DNA from: Promethearchaeia archaeon
Lineage (GTDB): Archaea > Asgardarchaeota > Lokiarchaeia > Sigyniarchaeales > SOKP01
Length of the DNA: 64,000 nucleotides
Assembly: GCA_029856045.1 (NCBI GenBank)
Contig: JAHQWG010000025.1
Location: 94,904 to 158,903 of the forward strand
Direction: 5' to 3'
Part shown: positions 8,821 through 18,762 of the stretch, piece after piece
Layout of the letters: each line of letters opens with the position of its first letter
How positions within the stretch are numbered: the stretch's first letter is position 1
Notes under the pieces: model-generated
Told to the model about the DNA's origin: nothing
The model's database searches: none
Seen by the model: only the letters and a program-made list of their open reading frames with translations
Translations under genes and position numbers: made by a program

Positions 8821-10486
8821 TATCTATTCCTCCTAAATATTTTTTTAATTCTTCTTTAGTAATTCTTTTTAATGGAAAACCAGCATAATAACCATTATCA
8901 CCTAATTTATCTAATTTTACAGTAGCACTCATGGGTAATAATGTGGAATATTCGCCAATCTCTGTTCCTGGGAAACCTCCACAGTAGACAGATAATACGG
9001 AATTATTACCAATTTTTACTCCGAAAAATGTTATATTTTCCTCTCCGAAAAAACCATCAACAAGATGATTGGTTAGATAACAAAATTGACCAAAATAACA
9101 ATTTTCCCCAGTATTTAAAAACTCCTTAGTAATAAATTGGTCTTCGAAAGTTGTTCTTTTTCCTATTTTATTAGCACCTATAAAATTTAACGCCAAATTA
9201 GTTAGCCAAGGAAATGGACTTTTTGAAAATGCTAATGTTGGATATTTTAATAGGAAGGAACGATGATGATAGAAATTTAATTCTCTTGACTCAAAATTCC
9301 TATCTAATACTCCTTGTCTTGAGGGAGAAAGTTTCTCACTCCACTTATATAATAATTTTGTGAATAATGCCACAAAAAATAGATGCAATAAATACAAGCC
9401 CATAAGAACAAGTGGCGTAATTAATAATAAAAATTGTGAGAATAAATTTGTAAAATTAATGCACCCAAAAGGTGTGCTAAAAAGATAAGGTATCAAAACT
9501 TCGTACAGAAAGATAAAAAATGGAATTGCAGGAATTAAAAATGACCCGCCAACATTTAAAATAATAACTGGAATGTAAATATGGAATTGTACTCTAACAT
9601 GGGGTTTATCTTCTTTCTTTAAATTATTGGTTTGTTGTCGAATATTTGATTTATCATAAATTGATGTTTCTACATGAACATTTTGATATATCTCTTTACT
9701 ATCGCTTTTTTCAAATAATATTACCTTAAGATTATCAATTTTTTCATTAACGTTATAATCCCCAATTTTTATTGCTGGAGTTCCTTTATAAACACAGCCA
9801 GATTCTAAGACTTGATTTATATGGGTTGAAGATACCGCATTTAAAATGGTACCCTTACCAAATTTTGTTCCAGGCGCAACCAAGGAATGAGCACCAATTA
9901 TTGAATCATCTTCAATGATTGTTTTTTGAATAATCAAATAATTATCAATAATTATCGCACCCATTACGACACTTCCTACACCAACAATCACATTTTTCCC
10001 AAATTCAATGAATTCGCAATCAATCCATCCTTCAAACATGTAGTTACCTGAATTTGTTTTTACACCAAACACTTTAAATAAAAGGTTATCCAAATATGGC
10101 ATAGGAAAGTTATGAGTTATCCAAACAGGCCATTTTTTAATAAGCCCTCTTAGACACCAATAGATATAATCTTTATCATCTTTACTTCTTTTAAACACAC
10201 CTTCTTTTGGCTTGTGAATTAAATTAACAACTAAAAGAAATATTTTTGCGATAAATATTGATGAGAAAACTATAATTAAATAACAAAATAAGAGTTCTAA
10301 TGGAAAGAGAAGGTAAAAAATAATAGTTATGGGATTTGCAAAATTACTCAAAAAAATCCAAAAACTAATTAAAGCCGGGTAAAAGCTTAGAGTTATAATA
10401 CTTAAATGAATTAGCACAAATCTTTTCTTATATGGTAAAATATTTGAAGTAAATGGTCCAACTCTTAGTGAAGCCGGGATTGAGAT
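8810..10486 (-). CDS. Membrane protein with two TM-pair + hexapeptide beta-helix modules; possible ATC start at 10486 (track GTG 10417)
   Basis: Two internally repeated modules ending YKGTPA and YAGFPL; stop overlaps the start of the paralogous downstream gene. Confidence 0.8.
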   Translation of the reverse strand: MSIPASLRVGPFTSNILPYKKRFVLIHLSIITLSFYPALISFWIFLSNFANPITIIFYLLFPLELLFCYLIIVFSSIFIAKIFLLVVNLIHKPKEGVFKRSKDDKDYIYWCLRGLIKKWPVWITHNFPMPYLDNLLFKVFGVKTNSGNYMFEGWIDCEFIEFGKNVIVGVGSVVMGAIIIDNYLIIQKTIIEDDSIIGAHSLVAPGTKFGKGTILNAVSSTHINQVLESGCVYKGTPAIKIGDYNVNEKIDNLKVILFEKSDSKEIYQNVHVETSIYDKSNIRQQTNNLKKEDKPHVRVQFHIYIPVIILNVGGSFLIPAIPFFIFLYEVLIPYLFSTPFGCINFTNLFSQFLLLITPLVLMGLYLLHLFFVALFTKLLYKWSEKLSPSRQGVLDRNFESRELNFYHHRSFLLKYPTLAFSKSPFPWLTNLALNFIGANKIGKRTTFEDQFITKEFLNTGENCYFGQFCYLTNHLVDGFFGEENITFFGVKIGNNSVLSVYCGGFPGTEIGEYSTLLPMSATVKLDKLGDNGYYAGFPLKRITKEELKKYLGGIDIGD

Positions 10487-10617
10487 TTATTTTTCACTTC
10501 TTCTTATTTGCAAAATTATTGGATAAATTATATAATCATTATAATATGTTTAAAATTTATTAATCTTCCTTAAATTCATATTTGAATTGAATAAAACGCT
10601 ATAATGGTTAGAAATTA

Positions 10618-12162
10618 TTAAAGATCTATGCAATTAAAGCATAAATCCATAGAATGAACGATTAAAGGAAAATCCTTTAGATCACAATTAGGCAAAATAA
10701 AATTTTTTAAAGCAAAAAAATTATTCATAGAGGGAGTTTGTATAGAAACACTTCCTAAATTATCCTTTCCTGGACGATCTGAAGTCTTTAAGATATAGAC
10801 CAATTCTCCTTGAGGAGCTTCTACAACAGAAATTCCAATTTCATCAGCATATAATTTGATATTTGCCAGATCAATAACCTCAATTTTTTCAGTATTATTT
10901 TTTAGATAATCTATAGCCCCTTTAATAATAGAAACAGAATTTTTTAATTCCCATAACCTAACCTGAATGCGAGAATAAGCATCTCCTCCATTAAATGTTA
11001 CAACTTCCCATTTGCCGATTATATCTTCATCTAGATAGGAATTATATGGAGAGAAATAGCGAACATCGTAGATCTGACCCGCTGCTCGAATATTTGGTCC
11101 AATAATTCCTGATTCTGGAACATTCTCTTCTATTAATGTACCTAAATCCTTAAATCGTTTTTTAAGATTAGAATTATAGATTCTGTTATGCAAAATTTCA
11201 AATAATGATGAGTCAATTTCCTCGATAGCTTCTCGCAAATCCTCTAATGAATGCCAGGATATATCTTTCACATATCCTATATAATTTAATTCTTCAAAAT
11301 ATCTTGTGCCTAATTCTTTTTCTAAAAAACTAAGAAAATCCAGAACTTTATTAAGAAGATTATGATATTCCTTAAAATTATAGGTTAAATACATTAAATT
11401 TACAAACCAAAATATGTGATTTATTATTCTCTCTATTTCACAATAAATGGTTCGAATCATTTTAACCCGATTTGATACTGAAACATTAATTATCGATTCC
11501 ATTGCTAAAGAATAAGCTAAACTGTGATGGAATGAGCTAGTTGAGCATATTTTTTCTATAAGTTGTAGATTTTCTTTACCCCAATTCTTATATTTCAACA
11601 ATGGGATAATTCCTCTATATAGCCAACCTGTTTTAAAATTTACAGACTTTATAATATTTTTGTCTAAATTAAAATAAAAATAGTTATCTGTAAGGTGAAT
11701 TCTATTAAAAACACCTTGAGAAAGAATATTTTTTGCAGAATGTGCTGGGAATAATTTAATTGGAAGATTAGGCAAAATTTCTTCAAGTTCTTCTTTAAAA
11801 TATAAAAATTTGATCCCATATCTTTTAGATATTTCATCTTCATAACTTTCTACCTGAGGATAAGCAACCCTCACTGAGTCAATTTCGTTGGAATCTTTAT
11901 CCACTTCAGTAAATACAAAGAGATATTGATTATCTGGAATATATTCGTTAAAATATTCATAAATTACTTCATATTTATTTTTAAAATCATTTATTAGTAT
12001 ATTTTTTAAATTAACCGATTTTTCACCGAAAAAAAATGCAATATCTCTAACACGGGATTTATTAATATAAAAAACATTTTCAAAATTACGAGTAGGTTGG
12101 TCTTTTAACTCATTCCCAAGATAATTTTTAAATTCTTTTAATAAATTAGTGTAAATTTGCAT
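10618..12162 (-). CDS. Group 4 [NiFe]-hydrogenase large subunit / NuoC-D-like protein, divergent
   Basis: NuoC-like N-terminus, GWLYRGI, ICSTSSFHH, EIERIINH, GPNIRAAG, GDAYSR, VEAPQGE, C-terminal DLCFNC. Confidence 0.8.
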   Translation of the reverse strand: MQIYTNLLKEFKNYLGNELKDQPTRNFENVFYINKSRVRDIAFFFGEKSVNLKNILINDFKNKYEVIYEYFNEYIPDNQYLFVFTEVDKDSNEIDSVRVAYPQVESYEDEISKRYGIKFLYFKEELEEILPNLPIKLFPAHSAKNILSQGVFNRIHLTDNYFYFNLDKNIIKSVNFKTGWLYRGIIPLLKYKNWGKENLQLIEKICSTSSFHHSLAYSLAMESIINVSVSNRVKMIRTIYCEIERIINHIFWFVNLMYLTYNFKEYHNLLNKVLDFLSFLEKELGTRYFEELNYIGYVKDISWHSLEDLREAIEEIDSSLFEILHNRIYNSNLKKRFKDLGTLIEENVPESGIIGPNIRAAGQIYDVRYFSPYNSYLDEDIIGKWEVVTFNGGDAYSRIQVRLWELKNSVSIIKGAIDYLKNNTEKIEVIDLANIKLYADEIGISVVEAPQGELVYILKTSDRPGKDNLGSVSIQTPSMNNFFALKNFILPNCDLKDFPLIVHSMDLCFNCIDL

Positions 12163-12451
12163 TATTTTCTAATAACTATTTATTTTTCCATATTTAAATA
12201 GTTTTGAATGATTTTTATTTTCTAAGGGAATATTAGAATTTTTGAAATTTAGTAATACTCATCCCTCTCAATAAAGTAGGAAAAAAAGTGAAAAAAAATT
12301 GAATTTCATATTTTTTAAAAAATTTATCGGCACTGCTCGTGGTGATTTCGGTCTTTTTTAAATTTTCTCGTTAAGACCACAGCAATTGCTGAAGCTGAGA
12401 TTAAAAGAATTAAAAGATCATCATAATTAATAATTGGACTGGGGCATTGAT

Positions 12452-13774
12452 TTAAATCAATATAAAGTCAAGGAATCTTATTAAATAGAAAAGGATAAGA
12501 GAAATTATTATGAAACCAACAGATAAATAAATTGCCTTTTTTACGAGTATGGAGTATGGAATGGGTTTTTCCTCGTACAAACCTAATAATTTGAAAATTT
12601 GCACAATATCGATAAACCCAATATCATTCACGGAATTTTGCTTTGACATGAAAGTTTCTGATTTATTAAAAAGTGCTAAGATCTCAGTTCTTGATATTCG
12701 GGGTTTTGCCTCCTTTATTAGGGCAATTATCCCTGCGCATAATGTTGCCGAAATTGAAGTTCCTGATATCTCATAAGTATCAATTCCTTTAACTGGAACT
12801 GTAATTTTCGAGCTGGGAAAATATACTTCTGGTTTATAATTATTCATATCAATTAAATCCTTTCCGCTGAAGTAGGTGATTTTCCCTTCTTTAGATATTG
12901 CACCTACAGTAATAACACTCTTTGAGGCTCCAGGGCTCCCTATTGTATTTGATTCAGGTCCAAAATTACCCGCAGAAGCAATGATGATAATGTTCAAATT
13001 ATTAAATAAAATATCACAAGATTTGGATAAAATATCATTTCCATTAGATGATGGATTTAAAGTGGAACTGCATATTAGAAGGATATCGAATTTAATATCA
13101 TTTTCCAAGATATGATCAAATGCTTTTAAAAAATCAGAGAAATAAGCAACTCCCGCATTGTTAAATATTTTAAAATCAATTATTTTGATATCGGGGCATA
13201 ATCCAATAAATCCTTCACCAAATTCACTTGATTTATTCTTTAAAATATGTGTTAATAACGTTGCATGGAAATTTTCATCGGATGTTTCTTCATTAGTGAA
13301 ATTAATTTGATCAATTGAAGAATAATCAAGGGATTCGAAATTTTTACCTATTCCTGAATCTAAAAGTGCAATTGAAACATTTTTCCCAGTGAAAGGGAGC
13401 AAGGAATTTTTAAATCTCTTAATATTTAATAATTCAGAGACTTTATTCATTGATTGATAAAGTCGTTGATTTTCTTCTATACATTCTATAAGCTCATCTT
13501 CCGATAAATCAAAAATTATTTTCGGGTCAATTTCCATTAATAATGAGGGGATTATTTTAAAAGTTGATATAATTTCCAGATTTTTATGATTCTGAATGAA
13601 TTTTTTTCGATCAGAATCATTTTTAAAGGAGATTATTGTTTTAATTTTAGATTCTCTAGATAATATCAACTGATCTAATGTACTTTTCCCAATTTTTTCT
13701 TCGATTTCCTTAGAAATTGTTGGTTTGAGTTTTATTTTTTCAAGAAAAGAAGGATGTATTTTGTCAACATTCAT
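12452..13774 (-). CDS. S8 subtilisin-like serine protease with I9-like prodomain and C-terminal TM helix
   Basis: Catalytic D (LLDSG), H (FHAT), oxyanion N (SAGN), S (SGTS); hydrophobic C-terminus. Confidence 0.88.
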   Translation of the reverse strand: MNVDKIHPSFLEKIKLKPTISKEIEEKIGKSTLDQLILSRESKIKTIISFKNDSDRKKFIQNHKNLEIISTFKIIPSLLMEIDPKIIFDLSEDELIECIEENQRLYQSMNKVSELLNIKRFKNSLLPFTGKNVSIALLDSGIGKNFESLDYSSIDQINFTNEETSDENFHATLLTHILKNKSSEFGEGFIGLCPDIKIIDFKIFNNAGVAYFSDFLKAFDHILENDIKFDILLICSSTLNPSSNGNDILSKSCDILFNNLNIIIIASAGNFGPESNTIGSPGASKSVITVGAISKEGKITYFSGKDLIDMNNYKPEVYFPSSKITVPVKGIDTYEISGTSISATLCAGIIALIKEAKPRISRTEILALFNKSETFMSKQNSVNDIGFIDIVQIFKLLGLYEEKPIPYSILVKKAIYLSVGFIIISLILFYLIRFLDFILI

Positions 13775-13794
13775 TTTTAAACATACAGAAGGTT

Positions 13795-14610
13795 TTAAAT
13801 TTTAAATTTGAGTTCTTTAATAATTTCTTCCACAGTATAATTGTGATGCACTATTAGAGAGATTGCGTTTACCATTTTGGTTGGATCCTCTGCTTGAAAT
13901 ACATTTCGACCCATTGCTACTCCAGATCCTCCAGCCTGAATGGATTCATATATCATATAAAATACATCAATTTCTGTATTCATTTTAGGTCCTCCTGCAA
14001 TAATTACCGGAACTGGGCAACCCTTAACAATTTCATGAAATGAATCAATATCACCAGTATAATTTGTTTTCACAATATCCGCACCGAGTTCACCACCTAC
14101 TCTAACAGCAATATTTACCACTTCGGGATTATGCTCATCTGTGATTTTCTTACCTCTTGAATACATCATAGCAAGTAAAGGCATACCCCACTCTCTTGCA
14201 CTCTCAATAGCTTTATGAGCGTCTTGAAGCATTTCAGGTTCATCATTTGCTCCAATATTAATGTGAATTGATACGCCATCAGCTCCCATTTTTAAAGCTC
14301 TTTCTACGCTACTCACTAACACTTTTCTATTTGGATCAGGAGATAAACTGGTACCTCCGCTTAAATGAATTATAAGTCCAATATCTATTCCAGATTGTCT
14401 ATGTCCAGCACCAACCATTCCAGTATGCTCAATAACTGCATTTGCTCCACCAATAGCAACACTATCAACCATAGCTGCCATATCTTCAAGACCTTTTATG
14501 GTTCCTTCAGACATTCCATGGTCCATTGGGATAATAATAGTTCTTTTTGTTTTTCTATCAAAAATTCTTTCGAATCTAATTTTTTTACCGATATCCATAA
14601 TTTTTTCCAA
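13795..14610 (-). CDS. Class I DhnA-type aldolase / 2-amino-3,7-dideoxy-D-threo-hept-6-ulosonate synthase
   Basis: [23 protein letters not shown] (Schiff-base Lys), AGGPK, GRNVFQ. Confidence 0.88.
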   Translation of the reverse strand: MEKIMDIGKKIRFERIFDRKTKRTIIIPMDHGMSEGTIKGLEDMAAMVDSVAIGGANAVIEHTGMVGAGHRQSGIDIGLIIHLSGGTSLSPDPNRKVLVSSVERALKMGADGVSIHINIGANDEPEMLQDAHKAIESAREWGMPLLAMMYSRGKKITDEHNPEVVNIAVRVGGELGADIVKTNYTGDIDSFHEIVKGCPVPVIIAGGPKMNTEIDVFYMIYESIQAGGSGVAMGRNVFQAEDPTKMVNAISLIVHHNYTVEEIIKELKFKI

Positions 14611-14683
14611 ATTTTTATTTAAATAATGAATTTATTAGTATAAAAAATAATACATCTATAAATTTAAATGAAATTTATAATTT

Positions 14684-16246
14684 TTACCATGGAACTCTTA
14701 TATAAGTATTTCGCGGAATATTAGATTTATTAGGATAATCTAGATTATGATGAATCCCTCTACTTTCTTTACGAGAAATGGCACTAACGATAATTATCTT
14801 TGCGACTGTTGCCAAATTTCTCAGTTCCACGAGATCACTTGAAATTTTGAAATCCCAATAATATTGATTTATTTCATCCAAGAGCACATTAATTCTTTTT
14901 TTAGCTCGTTGTAATCTTTTATCTGTTCTTACAATACCAACATAATTCCACATAAATCTTCTAATTTCATCCCAATTTTGTGAAATGACTACGGCTTCCG
15001 TCGAATCAACTGCATTTCCAGATTCCCATTGAGGAAAACTCTCATTTTTTACAGAATTCATTTTATCCTTTAAAAATTCAGAACAATTATGTGCAAAAGT
15101 CAAACTTTCTAAAATAGAATTACTTGCCAGCCTATTAGCTCCATGTAAACCGGTGTATGATACTTCTCCTATTGCGAACAAGTTTTTAATATCACTTTGT
15201 CCGTTGAGGTCTACCTTTACACCTCCACAACAATAATGAGCAGCTGGAACAACTGGAATTGGTTCTTTTGTTATATCAATATCAAACTTTAAACATTGCT
15301 CATAAACTCCCGGAAAATGTTCTTTTATGAATCCTGGTTCTTTTACTGATGCAATATCCAAATATACATAATCATCACCAGATTTTTTTAATTCTGCATC
15401 AATTGCTCTTGAGACAATATCTCTAGGTGCCAATTCTTTTAATTTATGATACCTTTCCATAAATGTTTTTCCACTTTTATCTTTTAATATTGCACCTTCT
15501 CCTCTCAATGCTTCAGTTATCAAAAATGATTTTGCAAAGGGATGATATAAACAAGTTGGGTGAAATTGAACGAACTCCATATTGGCAATTGTGGCTCCAA
15601 CTCGATATGCCATAGCCACTCCATCACCAGAAGCAACATCAGGATTCGAAGTATATACATATATTTTTCCAACACCACCAGTTGCTAAAATCGTAAATTT
15701 AGCAGAGATACTATAAATCTCACTATTTTTTTTGTCTAAAACATAAGCTCCTAAGCACACACGATCTTTTCCAAATAAATTTATTACAATATTGTGTTCC
15801 CTTATTTCAATATTATCTAATTCTTTTACTTTAGAAATCATTGCATTTTGAACAGCTTTACCAGTTAAATCATTTACATGAAATATTCTGCGTCTTGAAT
15901 GCCCACCTTCCTGACCTAGTTCATAAAAGCCATTTTTTTCCTTTGTAAAATCAATCCCCCAATTAATTAATTCTTGCAATCTTTCGGGAGCTTGAGTTAT
16001 TACATTTCTAACAACTGTTTTATCACATAAATCATCCCCAGCAATAATTGTATCATTTATATGAGACTCAAAACTATCATTTTTATCCCAAACACATGCG
16101 ATACCTCCTTGGGCATAGAAAGTGTTAGTTTCAGATATGCTTTCCTTTGATAATATTAAGACAGACCCAAATTTGGATAGTTTAATTGCACTTGCTAAAC
16201 CAGAAACTCCTGTTCCTATGATTAAAAAGTCAGTTTTCATATTCAA
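14684..16246 (-). CDS. nadB: L-aspartate oxidase
   Basis: IIGTGVSG, NTFYAQGGIA, EGGHSRRRI, QFHPT, AHYCCGG, GLHGANRLASNS, ESRG. Confidence 0.95.
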   Translation of the reverse strand: MNMKTDFLIIGTGVSGLASAIKLSKFGSVLILSKESISETNTFYAQGGIACVWDKNDSFESHINDTIIAGDDLCDKTVVRNVITQAPERLQELINWGIDFTKEKNGFYELGQEGGHSRRRIFHVNDLTGKAVQNAMISKVKELDNIEIREHNIVINLFGKDRVCLGAYVLDKKNSEIYSISAKFTILATGGVGKIYVYTSNPDVASGDGVAMAYRVGATIANMEFVQFHPTCLYHPFAKSFLITEALRGEGAILKDKSGKTFMERYHKLKELAPRDIVSRAIDAELKKSGDDYVYLDIASVKEPGFIKEHFPGVYEQCLKFDIDITKEPIPVVPAAHYCCGGVKVDLNGQSDIKNLFAIGEVSYTGLHGANRLASNSILESLTFAHNCSEFLKDKMNSVKNESFPQWESGNAVDSTEAVVISQNWDEIRRFMWNYVGIVRTDKRLQRAKKRINVLLDEINQYYWDFKISSDLVELRNLATVAKIIIVSAISRKESRGIHHNLDYPNKSNIPRNTYIRVPW

Positions 16247-16479
16247 TGAATTATCCTCAGTTCAATAAACAAAAGAAATTATACGATTATTAAATACATC
16301 AATTTTTTCTAAAATAATATTTTAACTATTTAATAATTATTTGAATTAAAAAAGTTAATAGAAAAGACTTTCCAAATTATTAAATTAGAAAAAAATTTTT
16401 ATTTTTTAATCAAAGAAAACTTAAAAATTTTGAATCTTGTTATTTTAATATGTGTTTTAAAACTATTTGGTGAATTTTA

Positions 16480-16977
16480 ATAAAAAAAATTAAAAAAGTG
16501 TTATTTTTATGTTATGGAAACACATGCCGATCACCAGCAGCAGAATATTTAGCTAAAAATTTAGCGGAAAATAAATATGAAAAGGATTTGTTTGATGTGG
16601 AATTTGTATCTGCTGGTCTTACTAAAACTTTTGGATATGCTCAACCAGAAACAGTCAGATTTGCTAAATCTAGAGGGATAAATATGTCAAACTTCATACC
16701 GCAATTAATCGATTATTATCTTCTAGAATTAAATGATTTAATTTTAACTATGGAGCAAAAACAAGTGAATAAAATCCTTCAACATTTTCCAAAAATTCCA
16801 AATCTAAAAGCGAAAGTTTTTACTCTAAAGGGATTTGCAGGTGAAACTAAAGATGTTGATATCCCTGATCCTTATATGACAACTACCGAGTATTATAATA
16901 AGACCTTAGAGGAAATTGAGAAATTTGTAGAATTAAGTTTAAAAAAAATTATTGAATTGAATAAAAATTACACTTAA
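16480..16977 (+). CDS. Low-molecular-weight protein tyrosine phosphatase family; probable ATA start at 16480 (track GTG 16498)
   Basis: P-loop CYGNTCRS, SAG, DIPDPY. Confidence 0.92.
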   Translation: MKKIKKVLFLCYGNTCRSPAAEYLAKNLAENKYEKDLFDVEFVSAGLTKTFGYAQPETVRFAKSRGINMSNFIPQLIDYYLLELNDLILTMEQKQVNKILQHFPKIPNLKAKVFTLKGFAGETKDVDIPDPYMTTTEYYNKTLEEIEKFVELSLKKIIELNKNYT

Positions 16978-17120
16978 ATGATTAATTTCTTTTTTTAAAC
17001 AAATCCAATTATATCTTTTTTTTAAAAATTTATTTCAAAACTTTTAAATAGTTCCTTTATTCTTATTGTTTTGAATATTCTTTTAAGAATATCGTAAATT
17101 GAGAGTTTAAAGTGATTATT

Positions 17121-17891
17121 ATGGAATTAGATATATGGATGGTTTTATGGCCTATAGTTATAGTTATTGCTGTAATTATTGGAATCTGGTTTTTAGCGGG
17201 GATTAAAGTAATATTGGAATATGAGCGGTTAGTTATATTTCGTTTAGGAAAATACAAACGAACTATTGGTCCAGGAGTAGTATATGTTTTACCAATCGTT
17301 GAATCTTCAAGAAAGGTTGATTTGAGGATTGTAACTCAAGATATTCCTAGACAGGAAATTATAACAAGAGATAATATTCCCGTTTTAGCTAATACTGTTG
17401 TTTATTTTAAAGTGGAAAGACCAGAGGATGCGGTAATAAAGATTGAGAATTATACCTATGCTGTGCGGCAATACACACAGGCTGCTCTCAGAGATGTCGT
17501 TGGTAATATGGAATTAGATGGTGTATTAACGGAACGAGATAAGGTTGCACTTGATATTAGAGAGATTGTTGATTCGGAAACAAATGAATGGGGGATTGAT
17601 ATCAAAAGTATTAAAATACAGGAGATAGAATTACCAGCAGAGATGAAACGAGCCATGGCTAAACAAGCAGAAGCTGAACGTGATAAACGTGCAGTAATTA
17701 TTACTTCAGAAGGAGAACTTATGGCTGCAGAAAATTTGCAAAAAGCTGCTGCGCTTATGGCATCTGAACCGGGTGCTCTACAACTTAGGACGTTACAAAC
17801 TATTAGGGATATTTCTCAAGACCCATCTGAAAAAATTGTTATTTTTATGCCAAGTGGTATTGAAAAGCTAATCCGGAAATTTACAGATTGA
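17121..17891 (+). CDS. SPFH/stomatin (slipin) family membrane protein
   Basis: N-terminal TM, EYERLVIFRLG, QEIITRDN, AMAKQAEAER, LQLRTLQT. Confidence 0.93.
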   Translation: MELDIWMVLWPIVIVIAVIIGIWFLAGIKVILEYERLVIFRLGKYKRTIGPGVVYVLPIVESSRKVDLRIVTQDIPRQEIITRDNIPVLANTVVYFKVERPEDAVIKIENYTYAVRQYTQAALRDVVGNMELDGVLTERDKVALDIREIVDSETNEWGIDIKSIKIQEIELPAEMKRAMAKQAEAERDKRAVIITSEGELMAAENLQKAAALMASEPGALQLRTLQTIRDISQDPSEKIVIFMPSGIEKLIRKFTD

Positions 17892-17904
17892 GGGGGATTT
17901 TTCA

Positions 17905-18582
17905 CTGAGCAGAAGTTTGGTTCCTAATAGGAGATATATTCAAATAGCATTCAATCATACTACTTATGAAGTTTGGAGAATATTACCGCAAATACCTCAA
18001 GACCCAAGGATAATAATTGAAGCGGGAACACCATTTTGTAAACGAGAAGGAATGGATGGTGTTGGATTAATACGAAGTAAGTGGAGGGGAATTTTGGTAG
18101 CAGATTTAAAAGTAACTGATGGAGCAAGGGAAGAAGTTATGTTTGCTTATCAAGCTGGAGCCAATGCGGTAACTGCAGCAGGAACTGCCCCAACTGAAAC
18201 TTTGGATTTTTTCATGAAAATATGTGCCAAATATAATGTCTATTCAATGGTAGATATGTTAAACGTTGATAATCCTCTTAGAAAACTCCTACCTTTAAAA
18301 AACAAACCAGATTTTGTAGTTATCCATAAGGGACGAGACGAAGAAGTTAATCCAAGAAAGATAATTCGATATAAGGATATTAATAAAGTTTGTTCAAAAT
18401 TTGGCGTGTTCATATCAGTTGCCGGAGGTTTGGACCAAGACAGTGTCCGTACAGCCTATTTTAATGGTGCTGATGTTGCGATCCTAAATATTGTCGAACA
18501 AGATGATGAAAATAAGGGAATATTTGAAAACGCTAACTTTAGGGTATTGATTCCGAAGATATTAAACGAAATAGGAGCATAA
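17905..18582 (+). CDS. 3-hexulose-6-phosphate synthase / OMP-decarboxylase-fold protein; possible CTG start at 17905 (track TTG 17917)
   Basis: IQIAF, IEAGTP, ADLKVTDG, VAGGL motifs of the HUMPS/KGPDC family. Confidence 0.78.
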   Translation: MSRSLVPNRRYIQIAFNHTTYEVWRILPQIPQDPRIIIEAGTPFCKREGMDGVGLIRSKWRGILVADLKVTDGAREEVMFAYQAGANAVTAAGTAPTETLDFFMKICAKYNVYSMVDMLNVDNPLRKLLPLKNKPDFVVIHKGRDEEVNPRKIIRYKDINKVCSKFGVFISVAGGLDQDSVRTAYFNGADVAILNIVEQDDENKGIFENANFRVLIPKILNEIGA

Positions 18583-18762
18583 ATTTAATTAATATTATTT
18601 TTTCTCTTTTTTTTTATAAGTATTTTGAATTTAGATTAAGTTAAACTTATATATTCAATTCAATATTATTAATTCCAATTAAGAAATTTGAAATGATCTA
18701 AAATTTATAAAATAAAACATCAATGAGTGGTCTATTAGGATCACTCAAAAAAAGTGAAAAGA

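Noticed and set aside
10618-10650. Selenocysteine in the hydrogenase L2 motif
   Set aside because: Both positions are ordinary Cys codons and the gene ends at TAA
12320-12430. Possible hammerhead ribozyme, SECIS or C/D-box RNA (ATGATGA and GACCGAAA on the minus strand)
   Set aside because: No CUGAnGA next to stem II, no adjacent gene with an in-frame Sec UGA, box spacing not convincing; kept only as an unexplained element in findings
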